From positions 75,206,001-75,270,000 of the forward strand of contig NC_086382.1 in NCBI RefSeq assembly GCF_036588685.1: a stretch of DNA of 64,000 nt, given 5' to 3'. The notes under the pieces were generated by a model that was given only the letters and a program-made list of their open reading frames with translations, did not search any database and was not told the origin of the DNA. Both the position numbers and the translations under genes were made by a program. Shown here piece after piece: positions 14,396-27,752 of the stretch. The stretch's first letter is position 1, and every line of letters begins with the position of its first letter. The DNA comes from Mytilus trossulus (Eukaryota).

Positions 14396-15198
14396 TGTGA
14401 TGATTTTGTATCTAAGGTTAGATTGTATACATTGGTTACAGTTCGGCAGAAGCCTCGTTTTATATATTTGTATAATACTTAAATAAACATAGAAAAGAGT
14501 AAGATGTTTCGCGGGTAAACTTTGGGTCAGGTTCAATATAAAGGGGTGTTCCTTAGGAAACTCAGATACGAGTAACAAAACACTTTGGTAGAACACCCCT
14601 CCTTCAATAATGGTACGGCTACCATTGGGGTATATAAGCTGGAGAGAATCCTAGCTCAGGGTCGATTGTTGGAAGTTTTTGGAGACAAAAGACCACGGTA
14701 CGTTGATATTCGAGATCGCTCGCTCGTATATATATTGTGTTATTATTACTAAGTGTAATAAAGAACAGGTCGGTGCCTGTTATAAATACGGACTTGTATA
14801 TTTACAAGTGGAACCGTATTGTACCGTATAGGACAAGTGTGAGTCTGTGTGACCACCTTGTAAAGTACATAAGTGTTCCAACGGAACAAAGACAAGTGCG
14901 TAAACTTGAAGGGTACATTATTGTACCAGGAGGACAAGTTTGTTCCTGACCCAAGGACAAATTTGTAAGAGTACAAATTTGTACCAGTTGTATATATTTG
15001 AAGTAGAATAGTTTAAGATAGTTTGTTAAAGATTGCAAAGAGCAGTTGTACATATTTTGGTTCATTGACGTATATATATTTGAATAAAGATTATTTGTTA
15101 GATATTTTGTACATAGAACAATTTTGGATCCGGTATCAAACTGGTAACGTACTCATTCTAAATAGAAACAGACACGCTTACCCTGTGTACACGTTACA
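14396..15198 (+). repeat. Gypsy 5' LTR (803 bp)
   Basis: Direct repeat of 20521-21297; TGTGA...TTACA. Confidence 0.95.
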
Positions 15199-15203
15199 TA
15201 ATT

Positions 15204-15222
15204 TGGTGGCTAGCGGTGGGAT
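15204..15222 (+). promoter_or_regulatory. Primer-binding site, tRNA-Leu type
   Basis: TGGTGGCtAGCGGTGGGAT just after the LTR. It is complementary to the animal tRNA-Leu 3' end (TGGTGGCAGCGGTGGGAT) with one extra base. Confidence 0.75.
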
Positions 15223-15596
15223 CCAAATTGTTCATTTTTAAATCCATAGTGAAAGATTATGTCAAAATTTGATCATCTTATAAACTTATATCCAAACTGT
15301 CTTGTGAGAATTTACTGTTCACTTTTGCACAGATCATATTTGTTCAAACTGTTCACTTTTGCACAGATCAAAATTGTCCTGTTAACGTTTTAAATTTCCC
15401 ATGGTTAAATTACGATTATTATTTACATTAGGGATAAATGATCGATAGTGGTACAGGCAATATTTTGATTGACATTTATTACGTTGTACATTTATGACAT
15501 TGTGTTGATATTGTAATATTGTGAATGCATAGTTATATCGCAAATTAAAGTACAAAAATGTCTTTTGACGACGAATTGACAAAATAAATTGAAGGT

Positions 15597-16600
15597 ATGG
15601 AAGAGACAAGGTATAGAAACAGTTTTGTTTCGTCTACACCTAAAGATCAGGGTGTTCGTCCGAAAGATACTTTTATAAAAAGAAATGATTCGGGTCTGGA
15701 ATCAAGAGAGTCCTTATTGTCAAGAAAAGGAGATAATGTAAAAGTTGATTTACCAACATTCAACAACCCGAATACGCACAAAACTGTTAAATTTTCCCAA
15801 ATTGATTTAAAGGAAGGGGACACTTTGCCTTTACCCATAGATAATAGTTACAATAGGGAAAAAGACAAAACTGACAAATTAAAGTACCGACATACTGGTT
15901 ACACAGATAATTCTGGTGTGAAAATTAAACCATGTCAATATAACGGTAGCACATCATGGACGGACTATTTGTCCCATTTTGAAATGTGTGCACTTGTAAA
16001 TAATTGGTCGGAAAACCAAAAAGGGTTATATTTGGCGGTATCGTTAATGGGACAGGCACAGGCTGTACTTGGAGATTTACCAAGTGAAAAAAAACAAAAC
16101 TTTTCCGATCTAGTCAGCGCACTTGAAGAGCGATTCGCGCCTTCTAGTCAAACTGAGTTATATAGAGTTCAGTTTAAAGAAAGACGTCAAAAAGCCAGCG
16201 AATCTCTTCCCGAATTAGGCCAATCAATTCGGAGATTGTCCAATTTGGCATATCCTACTGCCCCATTGGACGTACGTGAAACTCTCGGGAAAGAGCAGTT
16301 TATTGACGCGCTCGTTGATTCGGAAATGCGACTGAGAATAAAACAATCGCGACCGAAAGGCTGTGAGACTTGCCGTTGAACTAGAGGCTTACAATAAAGC
16401 CAAAAATAACGTGAGAGAGGGACGAGGTTATTTACGGCAAACTAATAACGACGACGAATTAAGTAGGGGAGAAAAGATTACAAATAGTGACTCGCCAAAC
16501 AAAGACATCTTACCCAAAGTAAGAGGACAAATAAGGGTTGTTACAATTGTGGCAAATTTGGTCATTTAGCAAGGGACTGTCGCCTACCCCGAAGAAATCA
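15597..16600 (+). pseudogene. gag: Gypsy gag, frameshifted
   Basis: YNGSTSWTDYLSHFE...KEQFIDAL capsid-like region. Zinc knuckle CYNCGKFGHLARDC lies in a shifted frame at ~16539-16580. Confidence 0.85.
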
Positions 16601-16646
16601 GAACAAATATAATGGAAATAAGGGGGATGGGTCTGTCAAAACAGTA

Positions 16647-19600
16647 GTGAAAACTAGGAAACAAAATAACCGTAAGACAAATGAAGGTGCGGTAACAACA
16701 GCATTGGAAGCTGCTGGTATGTATGTCAAACTAAATGTAGGAGACATTGAAGCCAAGTTTGTGGTTGATACAGGAGCGACTTTGACATTGGTATCTTCCA
16801 AGTTATATGATAGGTTGACTCCATTAGATAAATCATATCTATGTGAAGTTAAGACAAGTGTTAGGTCAGTATGTGGCACTAAGCTAGAGCTTCGTGGAAA
16901 AGGCAGGTTTAATCTGCATTTCGGTCCAAATATGTTGCAATCCGAAGCTGTAGTGACTGATCTGCAAGTTGATGGTATACTTGGTTTGGACTTCATGAAA
17001 CGACATAATTGTTTAATTGATGTTAAGAATGGGCACTTTTTTATTGGTGATTTTAGGGTAGATTTATGTTTTCAGGGATCAATAGGCTGTTACCGAGTGG
17101 TTGCTTCAGAAGCAGTTGTTATACCGCCAAGGTCAGAAATTGTCATTTATGGCACGGTTTGTTTAGCAGAAGGTCAGAAATTACCTGCTGACAATGCTTT
17201 GTTAGAGGCAAATGAGCATGCAGGGAAAGACTACATTTTGACTGCTAGAACGTTGGTAAGGTCAGGCGAAAAAGTCCCTGTTAGATTAATGAACACAGAA
17301 CTAGATCCTAAGACCATCTATCCTGGTACAACTATAGCCCAAATGTCTGGTGTTGAACAAGTACTAGATGGTAATATTGGTTCAAATGAACAGACACATA
17401 ACGGACTTAGACCAGATTTACAAGATTTGTTAGACAGGACATCAGATGAATTGACTTCGAAAGACAAACAAAAAGTAAAATCTTTGTTGATAGAAAATCA
17501 GAACTTGTTTGCTTCATCTGATGTTGACTTGGGAAGGACCAATCTTGTAAAACATGAAATCAATACGGGAAACGCAAGGCCTTTTAAAGAACCGCCTCGT
17601 CGTACACCGTATCATTTGAACAAGGTAGTTAATGACAACCTTGACAAAATGTTACAAAAAGGGATTATTGAACCCTCCCATTGTCCCTGGGCGGCAGGGA
17701 TAGTCTTAGTTAAGAAAAAGGACGACACTTATCGCTTTTGAGTAGATTATAGACGCTTAAACAGTGTTACTCTAAATAAAGACGCGTATCCTTTACCGAG
17801 GATTGACGATTCGTTGGATCATTTAGCAGGAAATAAATGGTACAGTACTCTGGACTGTTGTTCAGGATATTGGCAGGTGGAGCTGGCCGAAAATGACAAA
17901 CATAAAACCGCTTTTGCAACGCGAAGGGGTTTATTTCAATTTCGGGTCATGCCTTTTGGGTTGTGTTGCGCTGCACAGACATTTGAGCGATTGATGGAAA
18001 CCATACTAGCTGGTTTGCAGTGGGAAACATGTCTGGTTTATAATGACGATATAATCGTTTTTGGAAAAACACTAGATAGTATGCTTGATAATTTAAGAGA
18101 CGTTTTTGCTAGGCTTAAATCGGCTGGTTTAAAGCTGAAGGCAGAGAATTGCACCTTGTGTACCACCAATGTTCGTTTCTTAGGACATATTATCTCTGAG
18201 GAAGGAATATCAACCGACCCAGACAAGATTAAGGCTGTTAAAGAATGGCCCACTCCTACACATATAACTGAAGTTCGTTCCTTTTTAGGTCTTTGTGGGT
18301 ACTATAGGAAATTTATTAAAAACTTTGCCCACATTACTAAACCACTTCACAAAATTACAGAGAAAGAAACTAAGTTTGTTTGGACTTCAGAATGTCAAGA
18401 ATCTTTTGACCAATTGAAAGGTAAATTAATAAACACACCAGTTCTTGCATATCCAGATTTTAATAAAGAATTCATTCTGGATACTGATGCAAGCAATTTG
18501 GCAGTCGGAGCTGTCCTGACACAAAAATCTGATGAAGGACTTGAACATGTTGTGGCTTATGCTAGTCGTACACTTTCAAAATCAGAACGAAGGTACTGCG
18601 TGACACGCAAAGAGTTGCTTGCTGTGGTTTGTTTTGTTAAACATTTCAAACCATACCTTTATGGTAGAAAATTCACAGTACGAACTGATCACGGATCATT
18701 AAAGTGGTTACTTAACTTTAAGAACCCAGAAGGACAGATAGCTAGGTGGATAGAGACACTAGGTTCATTTGAGATGCAAATTCAGCATCGACCAGGAGTG
18801 CAACATAGGAATGCAGACGCTCTTAGTCGTATTCCTTGCAAACAATGTGGCTATCATTCTGGTTTAGAAAATGAAATTGCTTTGACTGAGACTGAAAACC
18901 AACATGACAATTTTAATGCTACCACCCGGTTTGATAGTAGTAATGACAGAGATGATGACAGTAAATATCATGATCTGTCTTTAAAGGAAATTCAAAATAA
19001 TGATCATGACTTGAAAATAGTGACAAAATGGGTAGAAACAGACGAACGTCCAGATTACAAAGATATTTTTGATAAGGGATTTTTCTTGAGATCACTTTGG
19101 AATCAATGGAACAACTTAGAGTTAAGAGACGGACTTATTTACAGACGATTTGAAGACCCTGCAACCAAAATTGTAAAAATGCAGGCTATCATTCCCTTAT
19201 TAGAACGCAAAAAGGTACTACAGTTTTCACATGATGATAAATGTTCTGCTCATTTGGGTATCCATAAAACTTTGGCAAAAATTAGACAATCTTATTATTG
19301 GCCTGGATTACAAAACGACGTCAGGACTTACGTAAACGGATGTGACAAATGTGCAAAGCGAAAAAGTCCACAAAAGTCCAAAAGAGCTCCAATGGCTTTA
19401 GTTGAAGCTAAAGGGCCAATGGAAAGGATAGCTACAGATATCCTTGGTGAGTTGCCAGAAACAGAGAGTGGTAACAAATATATCTTGGTAGTTTCTGACT
19501 ACTATACAAAGTGGACGGAATCTTTTGCTATGCCAAATTTGGAAGCTAAATACTGTGGCTAAGATTATAGTTGAAGAAGTCATTGTAAGATTTGGTGTTC

Positions 19601-20377
19601 CTCATTGGATACATTCAGATCAAGGCAGGCAATTTGAAAGCTTGTTGTTTCAAGAGATGTGTTGTATTCTAAACATTAAGAAAACACGTACCACCCCATA
19701 TCATCCGAAATCTGATGGTATGGTGGAAAGATTTAATAAGACTCTTGCAACAATGTTAATTTCATTTGTGGAACAGAACCAGAGAGACTGGGATGAATAC
19801 ATTCCTTTTGTTATGATGGCATATAGGGCATCCGAGCACGAAACTACTGGGCAAACGCCAAATAGTCTCATGTTAGGTAGGGAACTATCAACCCCTTTAG
19901 ACATCATGTATGAAATGCCACCATCCGTTAAAGATATCCCTTCACATAAATGGGCTTGGGAACTAAAAGAGAAGTTAGAACACTCCCACAGCATTGTCAG
20001 AGGTAAAATCAAAGGACAGATGCGAAGACAGAAACACTATCACGACCTCAAACTGTCATGTCAAAATTTCAGAAAAGTATGGTGACCTTACATACAAAGT
20101 TGACTGTGGATATCGAGGAAAATCACAAGTTATACATGTCGACAGACTAAAGAAAAAGAAGAAACAGACATTAAGGACAGAACCGGATAACAACACTTTT
20201 GTCCCATTGGACACTGAAAATGATATAGTTGAAAACGACCCTATAGAAACTCTTTATTCACAAGACATAGCTGTTCACGAGTCAATGTTGCCTGAGGAAG
20301 AAACGCAAGAAAGTAGTTATGAAGGGTGTCGTGCAAGGCGAAAACCAGCTTGGATGGCAGATTATATTGTCAAATAG
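16647..20377 (+). pseudogene. pol: Gypsy pol (protease, RT, RNase H, integrase) with stop and frameshifts
   Basis: VDTGA protease; RT with MPFGL and YNDD; RNase H TDAS; integrase HHCC, then SDQG and GMVER. Stop at 17741 and frameshift near 19550. Confidence 0.95.
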
Positions 20378-20520
20378 ATTTTGTTGGATGGTTATATTGT
20401 TGTTGAATAGTTTTTGTACATTTATCTGAAGTATGTGTATATAGCATTTCTATGTTTTATCCGTTTGAAACATGATAATTTTAGACATGCGGGACGCATG
20501 TGTTTTTGAGGCGTGGGTTA

Positions 20521-21297
20521 TGTGATGATTTTGAATCTAAGGTTAGATTGTATACATTGGTTACAGTTCGGCAGAAGCCTCGTTTTATATATTTGTATAA
20601 TACTTTAATAAACATAGAAAAGAGTAAGATGTTTCGCGGGTAAACTTTGGGTCAGGTTCAATATAAATGGGTGTTCCTTAGGAAACTCAGATACGAGTAA
20701 CAAGACACTTTGGTAGAACAACCCTCCTTCAATAATGGTACGGCTACAATTGGGGTATATAAGCTGGAGAGAATCCTAGCTCAGGGTCGATTGTTGGAAG
20801 TTTTTGGAGACATAAGACCACGGTACGTTGATATTGTGTTATTATTACTAAGTGTAATAAAGAACAGGTCGGTGCCTGTTATAAATACGGACTTGTATAT
20901 TTACAAGTGGAACCGTATTGTACCGTATAGGACAAGTGTGAGTCTGTGTGACCACCTTGTAAAGTACATAATTGTACCAACGTAACAAAGACAAGTGCGT
21001 AAACTTGTAGGGTACATTATTGTACCAGGAGGACAAGTTTGTTCCTGACCCATGGACAACTTTGTAAGAGTACAAATTTGTACCAGTTGTATATATTTGA
21101 AGTAGAATAGTTTAAGATAGTTTGTTAAAGATTGCAAAGAGCAGTTGTACATATTTTGGTTCATTGACGTATATATATTTGAATAAAGATTATTTGTTAG
21201 ATATTTTGTACATAGAACAATTTTGGATCCAGTATCAAACTGGTAAAGTACTCATTCTAAATAGAAACAGACACGCTTACCCTGTGTACACGTTACA
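20521..21297 (+). repeat. Gypsy 3' LTR (777 bp)
   Basis: Matches the 5' LTR apart from about 15 substitutions and a 26-bp indel. Confidence 0.95.
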
Positions 21298-21818
21298 GTA
21301 ACACCATGAAATAGAGAACGGTCTGATTGGCTTATCTATTTTTCTTTTTTGTTATCTATCATACGATTGGTTGTATTTGCGCATGTTTCAAACAGGAAGT
21401 CTTATCTCTGACTAAAAGTCAGTTTGATGACGGAATCATTCCCGGACTCATTTTTTGTCGCTTTTCTCCCAAAATAACTCAATCTGAATAATCATAAGAA
21501 TGAATGACAAATGCAACTATGCATGTTACCCATAGGACACAGAGGCATGATGATTGATTTATTGTGGAAGGAAGAGAAGCGACACCAAAAATGAGGTCTT
21601 CTCGTTTAATAGTATAGATTTAGATATTTGATTGTTTCCGTATTAAAGATTCATTCAAATTTATTGCAAACCAAGAGCTTTGAAAACTTAAGAACATTTG
21701 TCTTTGATCAATTTTGCCTATCTTTGTTGACATACTGTCTCACTAACGTATTCCTCACATATACATGCATTTTACTATTTATATTCAATTAATTTTAATT
21801 TTAAACCATTTGTTTCAG

Positions 21819-21854
21819 TTTTTTTCCATGTAGAAGTTGTAGTGACTGCATCGG
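21819..21854 (+). CDS. Ig-superfamily gene 36-nt micro-exon (signal peptide C-part, VFFHVEVVVTAS)
   Basis: tgtttcag| acceptor and G|gtaagt donor; phase 1-1 and open. Confidence 0.6.
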
Positions 21855-22757
21855 GTAAGTATTCCCTCGATACTAATGAAATAGTTACGCAGCGATATTA
21901 TAAAGGGCGTTTCAATAAATTTCCCAATTTTATACACAAGTAACATCAAATTGAACTCTGAGTTATTTTTCTCTGTTTAAAAATCAAAATACACTTCAAA
22001 GGAGTAAACGGAGGGAAAAGGGCCTATTCTTATCTACATTCCAAACTTTTATTTATAGAAAAATATAAATACACTGCTGTCACGTGACTTCAAACTGAAA
22101 GTAACGACATTTTCCAAAAAGGAGAGCCATCAGTCAGCGTACAGGCATCAGCATACCCGCTCACTAGTATACCCTAGTATACCGGAAAGACACCACTCTA
22201 CCGAAAATCATTATCTTTAGTGAAACCAGAAATATTTTTAACAGTGATCTGATCTATATCTAACTTGTAAACAAATAAATAAGAAACCGTTACTGCTTTC
22301 ATTGTATTATTAATAAAAATTTATTCAGTTTATATTTTACGTCTACATTATTATGTCGCAACTTCTTCTTCTATATGTTTATCCTTCCAGTTATGGAATA
22401 CCTCCTCAACGGAACCGTCATTTTCTTAACCTTTTTATATTGTTAACACTGTGCTGGTTGTACTTTTATTTTCTATGACATTTTGTCTTAATCATATTGA
22501 GTCAAGTGTAATCATTAGTATGCAATTAATGATGATTGCTCTGCTCCTTGTGGGCTCTGTGATTAGCAATACAATGTTTGTTTGTAAAACTATGTTTGTT
22601 TGTTACATAGTACATGTACGCACTATATAGTCCTTTATCAAAGTTTATTTAAATCATATGTATATATCATCAATTATAATGGTCTTAATGATCCTTAATG
22701 GGCGTCTGCATTTACATATTAAACTATACTTACATGTACTAGTAATATATTGTAAAT

Positions 22758-23246
22758 CAGGGTCGGATCCAGTCATCTTAAAAAAGGCGGGTCCAACTAT
22801 ATGCTCCTATCCAAATGCATTGATCGTCCGAAAAAAGGGGGGTTCCAGCCCCTGGATCCGCCAATGCCAATGGTGATGAAGTTATATATTATAATAATTA
22901 TTAAAATGGGCCTGTCATTTTTTCCTTCAACAATTGCAGTTGAGGATCCAGAAATTGTCATAAGGAGACGTCAGAGACAGATTAAGGGGGGGCAGGCCCC
23001 TTTTTGTCGAAAAATTTGTTTGCTCATATAGGGAATCACTGAAGCGTGATTGGAGCGGCCCCCCTCTTAGAATGTCAGTTAGCCCCAAATTATGAACATT
23101 TTTGGATCCGCCACTAGATGCCCACAGACATAAGAGGAGGCATCGCTCCATTCCTGTTTCATTTATTCACTAATTACTTAACCAATTTTTTCCTACAAAA
23201 TGGGGGGTGGGGTTCCCTGCATGGAACCTTCCTAAATCTGCCTCTG
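22758..23246. repeat. Cluster of short decayed MITE-like elements with GGATCC-containing ends
   Basis: CAGGGTCGGATCCAG...CTGGATCCGCCAATG (22758-22866), CAGTTGAGGATCCAG...TGGATCCGCCACTA (22937-23116), and a partial third end to 23246. No TSDs seen. Confidence 0.45.
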
Positions 23247-23297
23247 AAATGAATAGTAGGGATACATATGGAAAGCATGCATATATATATATATATA

Positions 23298-24253
23298 CGA
23301 GTCTAAATTGAAAACTACGTTCAAACCTATGACTGCGTTGGATAAAAACCGCAATTTTTATACGTGTGCATGTCAAACAAATTTCGTTGTAGAAGGGTCT
23401 AAAAACAGCACAAACAACATTTTCCAAAAGACCAAAAGCGTGAAAAAGTATATTTAAACAAAACGCATTTGACTAACAGGTCGAACAACTGATGTTCTTT
23501 AACCCTGCTGACTGCCATTGGCGATTGCCAAATAAAATTGATCACAAGATGTAACAAAATGGATCTTAATATAAATTTAATACGTCACAAAAAAAAAAGT
23601 TTGTTAACTTGTGGACAGGATGTTGTGCCACAAACATTCGGTGTCAATATTTCTTTAGTACACCATATCCGGATTTCGACAATAAATGTCTCTTCAGTGA
23701 TGTTAGGGATCGAAACGGTATTTGGAAGGCCATATAAAAAGTACCCTCATTTTTTAGAGAAAGTACCCTCATTTTTAGATTAACTCTTGAATTTTAAGAG
23801 TCAATATATAGGATGAATTGATCATATAAACCGGAGGGAAAATATGATACATGCCCAAACAAAAAATATAAACGAGTCTAAATTGAAAACTACGTTCAAA
23901 CCTATGACTGCGTTGGATAAAAACCGCAATTTTTATACGTGTGCATGTCAAACAAATTTCGTTGTAGAAGGGTCTAAAAACAGCACAAACAACATTTTCC
24001 AAAAGACCAAAAGCGTGAAAAAGTATATTTAAACAAAACGCATTTGACTAACAGGTCGAACAACTGATGTTCTTTAACCCTGCTGACTGCCATTGGCGAT
24101 TGCCAAATAAAATTGATCACAAGATGTAACAAAATGGATCTTAATATTAATTTAATACGTCACAGAAAAAATTTTTTGTTAACTTGTGGACAGGATGTTG
24201 TGCCACAAACATTCGGTGTCAATATTTCTTTAGTACACCATATCCGGATTTCG
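23298..24253 (-). mobile_element. Retrozyme-like tandem element, 575-bp unit x1.66, inserted in a (TA)n tract
   Basis: Direct repeat with period 575 (23297 vs 23872; 23665 vs 24240). Contains a hammerhead and abuts (AT)n at 23281-23297. A near-identical inverted copy lies at 60780-61636. Confidence 0.85.
23660..23703 (-). ncRNA. Minimal type I hammerhead ribozyme
   Basis: Minus strand ACAUCA-CUGAAGA-GACA-uuuau-UGUC-GAAA-U-CCGG-A-UA^UGGUGU. Full catalytic core, 6-bp stem I, 4-bp stem II, palindromic stem/loop III. Confidence 0.85.
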
Positions 24254-24377
24254 TATACACAACTCGTCTAAACATCAACCCAACAATGTTAGATCTGTAA
24301 ATTTGCTTTCGCAAATTTTTGGTTCTTCCCACGCTGGGATTCGAACCCATGCTACTGTGATATCGTGACACCAAATG
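24254..24377 (-). mobile_element. Partial tRNA-derived SINE
   Basis: B-box/T-arm GGGTTCGAATCCC on the minus strand (24348-24336) followed by a non-tRNA body ending GTTGTGTATA. No full cloverleaf. Confidence 0.6.
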
Positions 24378-25652
24378 TGTCACTGGCATGTTAGACAAAT
24401 GTAAAATTATTCTGAATATTAATAAGTAAAACAAAACATAAGTTATTCGACTTTTACAGATCCAAGTCGATGTATTTACGTATTCTTGACACAGAATTTT
24501 GTGTTGTTTGAAGGTCAGACGGTACGCCAATATTTTTTCAATGATTCAAAACGAATAATAAAATAAATGAAATAGTAATTAAGGATGCATATCTCTAACA
24601 AATAACTATTGTATAACGTTGCTGTAATGAATACAAGCGACCGACAAAAAAGAGGTTGGAGATGTAGCTAGAGCTTTATAAATCTCACTGACTTGAAGCA
24701 GTTGGTACTAGAGGTTTTTCTTATCGATTCCTTACATAAAGTTTATCCCATTGTTTTAGGGGACTCGGAGTTCTATTTTCATAATGTCTATTGTTAACCT
24801 TATTTGTAAGATATAGGTAATTAATGCATTTGTATTTAGATGTTGATGTTAATTATTTGTATTCTAAATTCTTCTGTCTATATTAAATGTTTTCCTAAAG
24901 CACATGTCATGCGTAAATGAGATTTTATATTACCCAGCTTTACCAGATTGTTCATATGAAAGTACGGATTAAGATCAGTCCATGTAGACCAGAAACCTGA
25001 TATTTAGAGGGCATATTCAGATAGGGACTTTAACAGGTATTAAATTATTGTTCTCTATCCAATTTAACGTGCTCTTTTCGACTGCTAATTATTTACATAT
25101 ATTGCTTATCAAATCTCACCCGTTATTTAGAGAAGTTAATGATGATTAGATATCTGGCATAACTGATAGTGTATTCCAAACTTTTATTGATGTACATGTA
25201 TATTCAAGTCATTCAAAATATATACTAGTATTGGAAGGGGATGAACAGAGGTCTCCTTTATTTTTCTTTCTATTGTTTGACAAACGTCCACTAGAAAGTC
25301 GGAAGGACTTTGTGATGATGTCACCATGGTTTGTTTTTATAAGTAATTTGTTTGCTGTCTCATTAACATCATTCCAACAGGTACTGGTATTCTCTAAGAA
25401 CTCTTAAAGATTATGTAAATATATTTTATTAAAAAATTCTCTATATATAACAACGAGAAATAAAACGACAAATACAAATGACCTCGGATATAAAAAGTCT
25501 ATTAAACAGGCATACATTGTATGTTACACCCATAACCAAACATTCAAGGCCAAAACTCACACAATCATACCATATTACGCGTGAAATAAAAATGATTAAG
25601 CAGTTATTGCATCCGACATCTATGGTAAATAAATGCTAATACAGTGCAAGAA

Positions 25653-27752
25653 TATAATCTACATCCAGCACGCCATATCTCTGGTATTTAAAGACTCGTA
25701 CACGTTCAGACTCTACTTTCACCACCATACCCGTATTATAAAAAAGACTAATACAGATTGTTATTTTCGGGGTCGTTTTAGTCTCTTGTTGTTGTCCAAC
25801 TGACAATTATACCAAATCCTCGTTTTAATATCTCTGATTTACATCAACCACCATACCCATAAAATAAAAAGGCAAATACAGATCTATAACGTATATTCCC
25901 CCATACCCGTGGAGTATATAGCCTGATACATATCTATAATATACATCCACCACCATAACCGTGGTATATAAACACTAATACCAGTCTATAACCTACATCC
26001 ACCACCATACCCGTGGTTGTATATAAAGACTAATACCAGTCTATAATCTACATCCACCACCATACCCGTGGTTTATTAAAACGTATACCGGTCTATAATC
26101 TACATCCACCACTATACCCGTGGTTTATAAAGACAAACACCGGTCTATTATCTACATCCACCACCATACCAGTGGTATATAAAGACTAGTAATACCGGTC
26201 TATAATCTACATCCACCACCATACCCGTGGTATATAAAGACTAATACCGGTCTATAATCTGCATCCACCACCATACCCGTGGTTTATGAAGACTAATACC
26301 GGTCTATAATCTACATCTACCACCATACCCGTGGTATATAAAGACTAATACCAGTCTATAATCTACATCCATCACCATACCCGTGGTATAAAAAGACTAA
26401 TACCGGTCTATAATCTACATCTACCACCATACCCGTGGTATATAAAGACTAATTCCGGTCTATAATCTACATCCACCACCATACCCGTGGTATAAAAAGA
26501 TTAATACCGGTCTATAATCTACATCCATCACCATTCCCGTGGTATATAAAGACTAATACCGGTCTATAATCTACATCCACCACCATACCCGTGGTATATA
26601 CAGACTAATACCGGTCTATAATCTACATCCACCACCATACCCGTGGTATATAATGACTAATACCGATCTATTATGTACATCCACCACCATACCCGTGGTA
26701 TAAAAAGACTAATACCGGTCTATAATCTACATCCATCACCATACCCGTGGTATATAAAGACTAATACCGGTCTATAACCTACATCCACCACCATACCCGT
26801 GGTTTATAAAGACAAATACCGGTCTATAATCTACATCCATCACCATACCCGTGGTATAAAAAGACTAATACAAGTCTATAATCTACATCCACCACCATAC
26901 CCGTGGTATATAAAGACTAATACCGTTCTATAATCTACATCCATCACCATACCCGTGGTATATAAAGACTAATACCGGTCTATAATCTACATCCACCACC
27001 ATACCAGTGGTATATAAAGACTAATACCGGTCTATAATCTACATCCACCACCATACCAGTGGTATATAAAGACTAATACCGGTCTATAATCTACATCCAC
27101 CACCATACCCGTGGTATATAAAGACTAATACCGGTCTATAATCTACATCCATCACCATACCCGTGGTATATAAAGACTAATACCGGTCTATAATCTACAT
27201 CCACCACCATACCAGTGGTATATAAAGACTAATACCGGTCTATAATCTACATCCACCACCATACCCATGGAATATAAAGACTAATACAAGTCTATAATCT
27301 GCATCCACCACCATACCAGTGGTTTATAAAGACAAATACCGGTCTATAATCTACATCTACCACCATACCCGTGGTATATAAAGACTAATACCAGTCTATA
27401 ATCTACATCCATCACCATACCCGTGGTATAAAAAGACTAATACCGGTCTATAATCCTCATCCACCACCATACCCGTGGTATATACAGACAAATTCCGGTC
27501 TATAATCTACATCAATCACCATACCCGTGGTATATAATGACTAATACCGGTCTATAATCTACATCCACCACCATACTCGTGGTATATAAAGACTAATACC
27601 GGTCTATAATTTACATTCACCACCATACCCGTGGTTTATAAAGACTAATATCGGTCTATAATGTACATTCACCACCATACCCGTTGATTATAAAGACTAA
27701 TACTGGTCTATAATCTACATTCACCACCATATCCGTGGTTTATAAAGACTAG
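25653..27752. repeat. 52-bp tandem satellite, block 1
   Basis: Unit TATAATCTACATCCACCACCATACCCGTGGTATATAAAGACTAATACCGGTC (26201, 26253, 26461...). About 35 regular units after 25930, with degenerate units at the left edge. Confidence 0.97.

Larger units (their letters stand above)
14396..21297 (+). mobile_element. Full-length but decayed Ty3/Gypsy LTR retrotransposon
   Basis: TG...CA LTRs, 4-bp TSD GTAA (14392-14395, 21298-21301), PBS, purine-rich tract 20508-20520, and domain order gag-PR-RT-RH-INT. Confidence 0.97.
12372..21618 (-). mobile_element. Non-autonomous Helitron (about 1.3 kb once nested inserts are removed)
   Basis: Minus strand starts A|TCTATACTATTAAAC at 21618. It ends with the GC hairpin CCCGCGA-TT-TCGCGGG (12382-12397) followed by CTAG|T at 12372. 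The A|T target and lack of TSD are canonical. Confidence 0.75.

Noticed and set aside
24330-24377. tRNA gene
   Set aside because: Only a B-box/T-arm is present, with no acceptor or D stems; a SINE fragment explains it better.
25930-27752. 52-bp array as a CRISPR array
   Set aside because: Units are contiguous near-identical repeats with no unique spacers, there are no cas genes, and the context is a eukaryotic intron.
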